A stretch of DNA of 63,998 bases, filler included, from Stramenopiles sp. TOSAG23-2 (Eukaryota), in NCBI GenBank assembly GCA_900128395.1. It is 5 parts of 5 records of this genome, joined end to end, with 100 filler letters (N's around TTAATTAATTAA, not from the genome) between each part and the next. Parts side by side here need not be neighbours in the genome. Positions count along the whole stretch, not along the records: positions 39,670 to 52,658 come from LT649822.1; positions 52,759 to 63,998 come from LT649951.1; 3 more parts are not named here. The stretch is one strand, 5' to 3'. Each line of letters starts with the position of its first letter. The stretch's first letter is position 1. The position numbers and the translations under genes were made by a program. The notes beneath the pieces are model-generated. The model made no database searches. It saw only the letters and a program-made list of their open reading frames with translations, and had not been told where the DNA came from. This document shows positions 43,747-55,700 of the stretch, piece by piece.

Positions 43747-44019
43747 TCTAGACGTCTTCCTTTGATTGTATTGTTAATCATTTAAATCACCATTACCGAG
43801 TCCTACTTCATTACCATTTGCATCAATGAAATGATTAAAGGAGAAACCGTATTAGATCTTGCATATTATCGTAATCATAGTCCAATTCACCAAGAGATCG
43901 TTGCACTTATACGTTCAAAAGGTGGAAAAGCAAATTATTATGATGCAAATGGTAATGAAGTAGGACTCGGTAATGGTGATTTAAATGATTAACAATACAA
44001 TCAAAGGAAGACGTCTAGA

Positions 44020-44445
44020 ATGAAAGATAAGAAGGGCAGTGAAGAGGAAGAGACTCCTCTGGACGTGGCATATCGATATAATGATAGTCCACTTCGCCAA
44101 GAGATCATTGCACTTTTACGTTCAAAAGGTGGAAAAGCAAATTGTTTGGATGAAAATGGTAGAGATGTAGGAGAAGGTAATGGTGATTTAAATTTTGAAC
44201 GGCATGCAGTAGTAATAGGATCCGATATAGAAGTCGTACGTGAAGCATTAACTAAGATTGATGATATCAATGAAGTGATTAATAGAGAAACTGTATTAGA
44301 TCTTGCATATCAATGTAATCATAGTCCAATTCAACAAGAGATCATTGCACTTTTACGTTCAAAAGGTGGAAAAGCAAATTGTCATAATGCAAATGGTAGT
44401 TTGGTAGGACCCGGTAATGGTGATTTAAATGATTTAAATGATTAA
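44020..44445 (+). pseudogene. Ankyrin 3' cassette variant
   Basis: Last repeat VINRETVLDLAYQCNH...CHNANGSLVGPG. Confidence 0.65.
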
Positions 44446-44936
44446 AACTCTTTATATTTATTTTATAAATTCTACAACTGTACATTTTCCGTCTCCCAGG
44501 TGTCGTCTCTCCTCCTCTCTTTGACATGGGTCTTCTATTAATAAATTATATGGCATTGTTGTTGTTGTTGATTCTTCTTCACAATATTCGTTGAAAATTG
44601 AATGAATTTGAATGACTAAAAAGAACTATAAAATAACATAATAGATAGGATTGAAAAAGAGAAATATATATATACACAACATACAACATATAACTAAACA
44701 ACATGGCATCATTAACTATTAACCCACCACCTGCAAAAAGACTGAAGACATCAGCAACGAATAATAATAATACGTCGTCAACAATAAAGCATTGTTGTTG
44801 TTGATTCTTCACAATAATTTGTTGAAAATTGAATGAAATTGAATGACGAAAAAGAACTAAAAGAAGATAATAGATAGGATTGAAAAAGAGAAATATATAT
44901 ATATATATATATACATACAACATATATCTAAACAAC

Positions 44937-45323
44937 ATGGCATCATTAACTATTAACCCACCACCTGCAAAAAGACTGAAGACATCAGCAACGAATAATA
45001 ATAATACGTCGTCAACAATAAAAACAATATCATTAGTACAATTTATTGATGATTTTATTAATACAATGTATGATAAACTATCATCTAATAATGGCACCAA
45101 TGGTGAGCTTACACCAGAAAACAAGAAAGATGTTTTAGAACGAATGGAAGCAATAGTGCATCTTAAAGTGAGGCAACAAGATAGACATTGCATCAAAACA
45201 GCAGCGATAAAGCGTGACTTTTCAAAACTACCTGGTATTGATGATATATGTGTGAAAACTATTATACCATATCTTGGTAACGATGGTCAAGCGTTAATGA
45301 ATATGTTTGATACCATTTATTGA
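44937..45323 (+). CDS. NLS + F-box-only truncated unit of the ankyrin family
   Basis: MASLTINPPPAKRLK...LPGIDDICVKTIIPYL...MNMFDTIY*. Confidence 0.6.
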   Translation: MASLTINPPPAKRLKTSATNNNNTSSTIKTISLVQFIDDFINTMYDKLSSNNGTNGELTPENKKDVLERMEAIVHLKVRQQDRHCIKTAAIKRDFSKLPGIDDICVKTIIPYLGNDGQALMNMFDTIY

Positions 45324-45339
45324 TGATTTTATTAATACA

Positions 45340-46206
45340 ATGTATGATAAACTATCATCTAATAACGGCATTAATGGTGAGCTTACACCAGAAAACAAGA
45401 AAGGTGTTTTAGAACGGATCGAATCTATAATACATTTTAAAGTGATAAAGCAACAAAGTAAACATTGTATCAATACAGTGGTAAAGCATGACTTTTCAAA
45501 ACTACCTGGTATTGATGATATATGTGTAAAAACTATTATACCATATCTTGGTAACGATGGTCAAGCGTTAATGAATATGTTTGGAAAAACAACAAAACGA
45601 TTTTTAACTGTACCGACGATACGTGATGTATATAATAGTAATATTTCGAATTGTTATGAAAATGTTTTGAATCGCTTGAACGATCGTTATGAAACTGAAT
45701 TTCCAGAAGGCACGCCATTGATATTTGCATGTGAGGCAGGCATTTTTGAGGATGTGAAATTATTTATTACATGCATGAAAGGTATTAATAATATGACATT
45801 GAGAGAAAACGTGAATCAAGAAGGTAGAAATAGTGATGGTGAGGATGATACACCTTTAATTGCAGCTGCATGGGGCGAACATTTCCAAGTAGTTAAATAT
45901 TTAATTGAACAAGGTGAAGCTGATCCTAATATTGCAAATAGTGATGGATTGAATGCATTACATTATGCAGCACGTAATAACAGAACGAGTACTGAGTTGA
46001 TTGAGTTGTTATTAACTCATATGTCTCTTGATAGTATTAATAAGAAGGACGACGAGGAAGAGACTCCCCTGGACGTGGCATATCGATATAATGATAGTCC
46101 ACTTCGCCAAGAGATCATTGCACTTATACGTTCAAAAGGTGGAAAAGCAAATTGTTATGATGAAAATGGTAGTTGGGTAGGAGCAGGTAATGGTGATTTA
46201 GTATGA
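45340..46206 (+). CDS. F-box + ankyrin repeat protein, copy B
   Basis: Same scaffold as copy A with different loop residues. Confidence 0.8.
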   Translation: MYDKLSSNNGINGELTPENKKGVLERIESIIHFKVIKQQSKHCINTVVKHDFSKLPGIDDICVKTIIPYLGNDGQALMNMFGKTTKRFLTVPTIRDVYNSNISNCYENVLNRLNDRYETEFPEGTPLIFACEAGIFEDVKLFITCMKGINNMTLRENVNQEGRNSDGEDDTPLIAAAWGEHFQVVKYLIEQGEADPNIANSDGLNALHYAARNNRTSTELIELLLTHMSLDSINKKDDEEETPLDVAYRYNDSPLRQEIIALIRSKGGKANCYDENGSWVGAGNGDLV

Positions 46207-46334
46207 TTAAAACTCTTTATACTTATTTTGTTAATTCTACAAACTGTATATTTTCCGTCTCCCAGGTGTCGTCTCCTCCTCTCTCTGACATGGGTCTCTA
46301 TTAATAAAATAATAATGGCATTGTTGTTGTTGTT

Positions 46335-46586
46335 GATGCAGTAATTACAGGATCAGATATAGAAGTCGTACGTGAAGCATTAACTAAGATTGATGATATC
46401 AATGAGATAATGTGTGATGATGGAGAAACTGTATTAGATCTTGCATATAAATATAATGATAGTCCAATTCAACAAGAGATCATTGATCTTATACGTTCAA
46501 AAGGTGGAAAAGCATACAGATATGATGCAGATGGTACGAGTAGATGGTAGTTGGGTAGGAGAAGGTTATGGTGAATTAAATGATTA
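46335..46586 (+). pseudogene. Ankyrin terminal-repeat fragment
   Basis: DAVITGSDIEVVREALTKIDDINEIMCDDGETVLDLAYKYNDSPIQQEIIDLIRSKGGKAYRYDADG, then frame disruption. Confidence 0.65.
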
Positions 46587-46839
46587 AAACTCTTTATACT
46601 TATTATAAATTAATACAAACTGTATATTTTCCGTCTCCCAGGTGTCGTCTCCTCCTCTCTTTGACATGGGTCTTCTATTAATAAATAATGGCATTGTTGT
46701 TGTTGTTGATTCTTCTTCACAATAATTTGTTGAAAATTGAATGAAATTGAATGACGAAAAAGAAGTAAAAGAATATAATAGATACATCGAAAAAGAGAAA
46801 TATATATATATATATATATACAACATACAACTAAACGAC

Positions 46840-48158
46840 ATGGCATCATTAACTATTAACCCACCACCTGCAAAAAGACTGAAGACATCAGCAACGAATG
46901 ATAATAATACGTCGTCAACAATAAAAACAATATCATTAGTACCATTTATTGATGACTTTATTAATACAATGTATGATAAACTATCATCTAATAATGGCAC
47001 CAATGGTGAGCTTACACCAGAAAACAAGAAAGATGTTTTAGAACGGATCGAATCTATAATACATTTGAAACTGATAAAGCAACAAAGTAAACATTGTATC
47101 AATACAGTGGTAAAGCGCGACTTTTCAAAACTACCTGGTATTGATGATATATGTGTAAAAACTATTATACCATATCTTGGTAACGATGGTCAAGCGTTAA
47201 TGAATATGTTTGGAAAAACAACAAAACGATTTTTAACTGTACCGACAATACGTGATGCATATAATAGTAATATTTTGAATCCGTATTTTGAAAAGGTTTT
47301 AAATGCTTTGAACGATCGTTATGAAACTGAATTTCCAGAAGGCACGCCGTTGGTCTGTGCATGTGAGGAAGGGCGTTTTGAGGATGTGAAATTATTTATT
47401 ACATGCATGAAGGGTATTAATAATATGACATTGAGAGAAAACGTGAATCAAGAAGGTAGAAATTTATTACATGCATGAAGGGTATTAATAATATGACATT
47501 GAGAGAACACGTGAATCAAGTCGGTAAAGATAGTGATGGTGAGGAGGAATGTACACCTTTAATGGCAGCTGCAGATGGCGAACAATTCCAAGTAGTTCAA
47601 TATTTAATTGAACAAGGTGAAGCTGATCCTAATATTGCAAATAGTGATGAAGAGAATGCATTACATTATGCAGCACAAAATAACAAAAAGAATACTGAGT
47701 TGATTGAATTGTTATTAACTCATATGTCTCTTGATAGTATTAATAAGAAGCAGTCCGGGGGATCCACTCCCCTGGACTTGGCATATCTTCGTAATGATAG
47801 TCCAATTCGCCAAGAGATCATTGCACTTTTACGTTCAAAAGGTGGAAAAGCAAATTGTTATGATGCAAATGGTAGAAATGTAGGAATAGGTAATGGTGAT
47901 TTAAATGTTAGACGACATGCAGTAATTACAGGATCCGATATAGAAGTCGTACGTGAAGCATTAACTAAGATTGATGATATCAATGAAGTGAATGATATTA
48001 ATGGAGAAACTGTATTAGATCTTGCATATCGTCGTCATAATGATAGTCCAATTAAACAAGAGATCATTGATCTTATACGTTCAAAAGGTGGAAAAGCAAA
48101 TCAATATGATGCAAATGGTAGAGATGTAGGAATAGGTAATGGTGATTTAAATGATTAA
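46840..48158 (+). CDS. Full-length NLS + F-box + ankyrin gene, copy C, split by a 68-bp duplication/frameshift near 47462
   Basis: ORFs 46840..47478 and 47475..48158; atttattacatgcatg... repeated at 47394 and 47462. Confidence 0.75.
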
Positions 48159-48737
48159 AACTCGCTTTACTTCGTACTTTAATTATAATTAAATACATAT
48201 CAGAAGTGTAAAATTATTATAACTTAGATTTTTTTAACCATCAATTTATAATTATATTAATTAATGCATAACATATAATTTATTTTTTAATTTACTCATG
48301 ATAATTCCTACTCTCCAGAAAGAATACAATAACTGAGACAAATCTATCTCACTAAACTGAAAGATGGACAATGAATCGTAACATTGCGATAGAGTTCATT
48401 GAAATCCACAGAGTGTGCCAATATTTTTAAGATACAAAAATATTGGTGGAGGTAAATAGATGCAATTAACGCATTATATGCATCAATTGAAAACTGTTGT
48501 ATTGTTCAAAGGTGTGTGATACATCGTACTGTGGTAGAGTATATCATGATCCTTCTTGCATATACACTTTAAAGTGCAAATTTATAATTATATAATACCA
48601 AAAATATAAAACTGTACATTTTCCGTCTCTCATATTTTATAGGTTTCTCTTCTTTCATCCTAATCCCTTTTTGCGAAACAACACTTCTTCTCTTTCTTTC
48701 TTTTTTCAGAGAATCTCACAGCAGCAACAACCACGTT

Positions 48738-49959
48738 TTATGGAAATTTCAAATGCAACAAGTCAATCCAATATTCTTCTTGTTGTTGATTGATAAAATA
48801 TGCTGAAACTCTGCTTCGTCTTCGTCGTTTTGCTCTCGCATTATTATTACTATTATTCCCACCATTCTCATGATCACCATTAACAAAATAATAATTTTGA
48901 TCATTTCCACAATCAATTAAAAATCGTTTCACACTTTTATATCGTTGCATAATTTGAAAACTACTACATACGTTAAAGCATGGATATTGGTTTAAAAAGA
49001 GCTCTTGCTTCGTTTCAACATTGGGATCATACTTGATGCCATCGTCGTCGTCATCATCATCACACGAACCATTGCCATACGCATCGCCACAAAACATTTG
49101 TGCGTTAAGATCATCACTTTTGAAACAAATGCATTTACATAACATAGCAACAGATGTATAATAAATTAATTGAACATTTTGTACCGTGCTTAAAGAATGT
49201 ATTAATCGTTGTAATTCCATCGTTTGTTGATAATAATAACTACGTTGACCAGTATTACTTGTTAAATTTTCTGCATTTATATAGACATCAACACGTTTGA
49301 ATTTTTGAAACAAGGCAATGATATGATGAAATATATATTTTGCTTCTGCATATATTGCATTAATAACAACTATTGTATTAAATGGATTTAAAACAATTGA
49401 TTCATTATTTTGTAATATATTTGTCGTACGCTCATGTATGATACAATTCATTTTAGATTCTAAATAACGTAAGACATCTAATCCCCATGAAATAAAATGA
49501 TCCGGATTGACAAAACAAATACGACGTCGTTGTTGCCGAGTATTGTTGTTACGATTGTTTTCAATTGCAGTAGTAGTACTTCTATTACTAGTTGATAATT
49601 GGAATGTACGATTATCATTATTATTATTATTATTACTCATGTTATAATTTCCAAAATTAATATTTACTTGTTTATATGCATTGTTGAACGTTTGTATATT
49701 TTTTGATAATAATACATGAAGTTTATCAGAAAGATTAATTGTTGACGCAATTTCTCTGGCTACATTTGCATTCTTTAATTGTTGACGACGTCGATCAATA
49801 TCACTATCTCGTTTTTTCGTTATTCTTAACATTTTATTACTAGTATTATTTGCATTATTACCATTTTGAACTCGAGAACGTTTATGTGGCAATTTAATAT
49901 TTGTAAATGCATTGTTGGTATTTCCATTTTGATGATTTCCTACTCGTATCCCACCTTTA

Positions 49960-49998
<39 letters not shown>

Positions 49999-50344
49999 GG
50001 TGATCGTTTTACTTTTTTCCTGATGCCAACCTCAACATTATCAGTACTATTATCATTATTATTATTGTCACTTTCATTCATCATCATCATCGTTGTCATA
50101 CTATAGGACATTTTACGTTTATTATTACTTCTACTACCTCTTGGTTGTTTTGTATAATGTACAAATACTTTGATAAAGTTGTAATTGTTTTCGAGTATAT
50201 AACGATTGCTAAGTATAAAATCAATTGATATATTGTACCATTTTCCATAAAAAAATACATCATATTCATAAACACGTTTAACTTTTTTTCTTCTTCTTTT
50301 TTTTTTGGTTGATTTGTTGATCATTGATTTGTTGTCTTCAAAAG

Positions 50345-50380
<36 letters not shown>

Positions 50381-51896
50381 TACTACTATCATCATCATCA
50401 TCGTTACTCATTATTTTATGATACAATAGTGGAAGGAACATTGATTTTTTGTAGCGTTTTGTGTTTAATACTTTACGATTGTTGTTCTTGCTGTTGCTAT
50501 ATTTATGATTACTATTATTATTATTACCTATATCATCACAACCTTTATTTGAAAGCATTACATTAAAATAATCAATCTTTTCCATTTCTTCTAATTGTTT
50601 AAATGCAATTTTTTTCACTTTATTATGTTTACGATTAATAAATGATTCTACAAAGCGAGTATGAAACACGGAATCAACAAAACGTCGTTTTACATTGCAA
50701 TATTTCATATTTGAACGAGTGATTTGATCTTGTCGCGAGGTCATTACACTTGTTGGTACAACGTTGATATCACATATTTGTTTTGTTACATTTGAAATAG
50801 CATTTGCAACAAATGTTGTTGGTTTATTATAATTTAAATCAATATCATCATCACTATCATTATTATGACTCTTCCTATTATCATTATATTTTACATGATT
50901 AATATTTGTAATATGATTTTCATTATTATTATTATAAATACTAATTCCATACGGTAGAGTACATAATTCATATTTTGTAAATGATTGATTCATCGTCTTT
51001 ATTATTGTATTCGTTTTTTCTTTTTGTTTTGTAACATTTTTCGCTATTTTAATATGTTGTAACGTATTATATGGTCTAGTAACTCGATGTAATGGTTTAC
51101 TTTGATAACGAAATTTACTGACTTGAAAATTCAAATTCACATGATCGATTCTTTGTACAATTATTTTTTGACGTACATTTGCAATTTCTTGTTGGATAAA
51201 TAAATATTTATCATCAATATGATCTAAATGCGATGGTATTGGTAATACAAATTGATGATATTGTAATTTATTGTTTTTGATAGATGATGATGATGGCGGT
51301 GAAATATCGTATTTCTCATATTTATTTTGATACGTTATCAATGCTTGTTCGTTTTTATTATAATGTTTCATTGTATTTTCAACAAAATTTGTAAATAATA
51401 ATTTAGATAAAGACGATGCATTTTTTGTTTTATCATTTTTTTTTCGACGATTATGATGAATATAATTATTATTACATTCCTCGTGAAATCGTTTCTTTAA
51501 TATCGTTGGTACGTCGATATAATTCAAAATAATTGGTTTCTTTGCAACGTTTTTTGGTTTTATAATAGTTGGTTCGTTTTGTTTGGTATTGAATTTCAAT
51601 TCTTTACTAAATGAATTTAATGCTTTTTTTTTACGTAATAATAATAGATCATCATCGATATTCTTGTTAACATTTGTATCGATATTATTATTATTAATAT
51701 GATTAAATAATGGTAAAAATGATATTTTACGTGTTGTTAGTACATCACCGTTGGTATTCGAAAGACTTGGAACAATAGTTTTCATCTTGCTTATTTGTTG
51801 TAAATTTTTTTCATCATTTGTATTCACATGTTCAAAATATAAATTGATATTTGATGTATTAAAAAAGAATGTCATTATGTTTCGCGTGTGTAACAA
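48738..51896 (-). CDS. SHOC1: SHOC1/Zip2-like meiotic crossover protein (C-terminal XPF/ERCC4-like + HhH); start codon uncertain
   Basis: C-terminal LRYLESKMNCIIHER...IVLNP...LFQKFKRVDVYI...ETKQELFLNQYPCFNVCSSFQIM resembles the SHOC1 E.FL..FP.IN...A..I motif. Confidence 0.55.
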
Positions 51897-52401
51897 TATC
51901 GTATATACAGAGTACTACTACTACTGCAGAGAGAATAGTCGTCAAAATTTCTAATTTCTATCTATATAATGTATACTCAATCAATATATCTCGTTGTATA
52001 ATCAATATAATGTATCGTAATTTCTAATTTCTATCTATCTATATATAGTGTATAATCAATCAATATATCTTAATATAATAATGTATCGTAATTTTTTTTT
52101 TTCTGGTGATTGTTTTCGATCGTCCGTAATTTCCAAGCAAGCATATAATATAAAATGCAATAATATGCGATATGATAATAAATGATATATGGGAATGATG
52201 TAATTTTACGATATATATATATGTCACAAAACTTTCTCTCAATCGATCTATGATCTATGATCTATATCGAATAATTCAATTTTCAAATCAATTTTCATCC
52301 CCATATACACATAGTGAATAGTGTTAAAATGTACATTACAAGTTTTGACACGCCGCGCGGTGCAATTATATTTTTTGTAAAGTGAGTGAGAGAGGTCCTC
52401 A

Positions 52402-52658
52402 CCCTATCAATAGTTCAAGTGACTATACATATAATTTTATACTTGAATGTCGAAATGAGACTCAGCTAAAGTAAAATGTTGAAAGGCCTCTGTCCATGCT
52501 AATTTCTATACAGTGCTATTTCCATATAATATCTCATCCCTATCAAATATCAAATGACTATACGTATAATTTATACTTGAATGTCGAAATGAGACTCAGC
52601 AAATAAAATGTTGAAAGGCCTCTGTCCATGCTAATTTCTATACAGTGCTATTTCCATA
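52402..52658 (+). repeat. ~125-bp direct repeat at the contig end
   Basis: tgactatac...gaaatgagactcagc...gctatttccata twice. Confidence 0.9.
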
Positions 52659-52758
52659 NNNNNNNNNNNNNNNNNNNNNNNNNNNNNNNNNNNNNNNNNN
52701 NNTTAATTAATTAANNNNNNNNNNNNNNNNNNNNNNNNNNNNNNNNNNNNNNNNNNNN
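52659..52758. other. Artificial contig linker
   Basis: 44 N + TTAATTAATTAA + 44 N. Confidence 0.99.
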
Positions 52759-55700
52759 GCATTATGGACGGAGGCAAGACGTCGAAAACGCATAAAGTTA
52801 CAAACGTCGTATCTTACAAGCACCAATTCGAATGGATCTTCCCCATCAATGCCTTCATCATTGGGAAATAAACGCGATGCAACAAAATCAACTGAAAGAG
52901 ATCTGCAGAAAACATATCGCCAGCATTTACGAAATTATTTTGACCAACGTAATGTTAATAATTTGAATGATTGTGGAGCAAAAAGTGCAAGCTTACGAAG
53001 TAGCGATGATAATGATGCTACAAATACTTTTGAAAATGATATATTGCCATATTTACCTGGTGGGCAAATATCAGCTGAAATACTACCAGAGAAATGGCCA
53101 GAAGATGATGATTATAACAACAACGATAAATCATTTTTCTATGCTGAAAATAGCCAGGAAGAACCTGATTATTTGAATGATTTAACCAGTTTAATGGATG
53201 ATGATAACAATATGGAAGAGGGCGAAGATGAATCTGGTGATTTAGAGATGGAGAGTGATGATAATAATAACGAAAACATAGATGGTAATGAAGAAAGCGA
53301 TAATGATGCTTATATGTACCATGAACATATAGAAAGTAATTTAAGTGATGAAAATGATATAGATGACGATCATGGTTCCGACGAAGATTGTTATCTTACA
53401 CAAAAAGATTTGAATGCGTATGAAGAAAAAATACAGTCTCAATTTTTGGAAAGCAAAAGAAAACGGATTGAAATTTCACCTCACAAGAGTATCAACCACA
53501 TCAATAACGATAAGAATACTACACTTAATATCGATCATGATGATAAAAATAGCAACAACAATTATAATAACAATGATGTCTCAAAGGACAACAACAACAA
53601 CAATAACAATACAAATCGAAAGAAAATTCCAAAGTTTTTCAAACCAAATCAAATGCGGGATGAGAAAGCAAATAGATCAAAACGATTTACTAAGAAGAAG
53701 AATAGACGTGTAGAGACTGTTGGGCATTTTGCATCGTTGTTTACTCCAAAAATGACCAAAAAATTGTTATCCAAACGTAGTAAACATAATCATATTCGGT
53801 ATGATCTAGATAATAGTATGAAGGTTAGTAGTAGTAGTAGTATTTCCAGTAGCAATAATAGCATTAGTATCAGTAGCAGCATCAGTAGTTTGAACAGTAA
53901 CAGTTACGACGGTGCCAATAATAATAATCGTGATGATGAAACATTCAGCCAAGTCAATAGTACAAATAATGATACACAAATTTTAGCTTTAGAATCACCA
54001 GAGATAGAGGAAGTAGAACTAGTAGGTGTAGAAGAGGAAACAAAGAAGGCGTTTAATTTATTGCGTAGCAACACTACCTCTAAATTGTACGACATACCTA
54101 GTTCTGAAAATGGCCTTGAAGTATGGACTCTGAAGAATAGACCTCCACATCTTCTTCCTTCCCTCCAAACAGTACAAAGGCCAAAAAATGTTGGTGCTAC
54201 TGCAAAGGAAGAACGGTATCCATCATCTTTAAATGAAAGTGAGACGCAAAATTCTAGTAGTAGTGATGATCGTCATGGAATGAATTTTGTAGAACGAAAA
54301 CCTTTAACTGCGTCACAAATTAATGAAAAAGCTCAAAAAACTACAAAAAGTGCGTTTAGTTTAGATAGCGGCCCGCAGTTTATGACCATATTATCCGTTG
54401 AAGTATTTTCAATAAAACAGAAAGAATGGAAAAAATTGCCTGATCCAGCGGTAGATGAAATTGTTTTAATAGCATATATTGTCGAAAGAGACGATGGGTG
54501 TGGTACGGTAGGAAGTTCATATGGTGCAAGAAAGAAAGGTTACATTGCTTTAGCAACGGAGGATGACAGCAAAACAATTGGTGGGCCTCCATATGACACT
54601 TTGCTTGTAAATAGTGAGCATGATTTACTACGTGCGCTTGCTGACTTGGTACAATATCATAATCCAGATATTTTATTTGGATGGGAAATTGAAAAAAACT
54701 CTTGGGGTTACGTAGTACAACGCTGTAATTACTTAGGAATACCAATAGTGCAAGCATTATCGCGATGCCCATTGTCACGTATAAATGGCAATAATGGCCA
54801 TGATATGACTGGTGGTGATCCAGATGGAACCATACGCATACATGGTAGAATTGTGTTAAGTATGTGGAGGCTTGTGAAGAGTGAAGCGACGTTGAAGTTA
54901 AACAATTATTCGATGGAAAATGTCGCATTTGAATTGCTACGGTTACGAGTACCGCGTTATCCACAAAATTCATTGGCACATTGGTACAGCGGGAAAAACA
55001 AAGCTCATTTAAGATCACGTGTAATTGTTCATTACATGACAAAAGCACAAACGTCACTTGATATTCTTTACAAGTTGGACATAATTGGAAGAACTAGTGA
55101 AATGGCGCGTTTAATTGGTATAGATTTTTATAGCATTTTATGGCGCGGTTCTCAATTTCGTGTTGAAAGCGTAATGTTGCGGATTACAAAACCACATAAT
55201 TATATTTTGCTTTCACCAAGTAAGTCAGAAGTACAAGCGCAAAGGCCTTTAGATACGCAAGCTTTGACACTGGAACCTAAAAGTGGATTTTATGGTGAAT
55301 CTCCCGTCGTGGTGCTAGATTTTCAATCGCTGTATCCTAGTTTAATCATAGCATATAACATGTGCTACAGTACATGTATAGGCAGTTTGAATGGATCTGA
55401 TGGAAAGAATCCCGGCGTTTCTCCGATACATACTAGGCTTGGAGCATTGGAACGATATGCAGCACCAGAAAAAACATTGCGAAGTTTTATTGATGATAAG
55501 TCTGCACATATGGCTAGCAATGGCACTATGTTTGTTGCGGAAAATACGAGGCGCGGGATACTACCACAAATGCTAGAGGAGATATTAAATACACGAATCA
55601 TGGTGAAAAAAGAATTAAAAGCTGCAAGAAAAAATAATGAGAAAGTTTTAAGTCGTATATTAGATGCTAGGCAGTATGCGTTGAAAATGATAAGCAATGT

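Noticed and set aside
33996..48158. Dynamin-like GTPase next to the ankyrin array as one defence island
   Set aside because: Separated by a linker at 39570-39669; no evidence of linkage.
39670..48158. Diversity-generating retroelement or CRISPR-like origin of the ankyrin variation
   Set aside because: Changes are not adenine-specific, no template repeat or reverse transcriptase is present, and there is no repeat-spacer structure.
13190..52758. TTAATTAATTAA palindromes inside N runs
   Set aside because: Identical 100-bp artificial linkers between size-sorted contigs; not biological.
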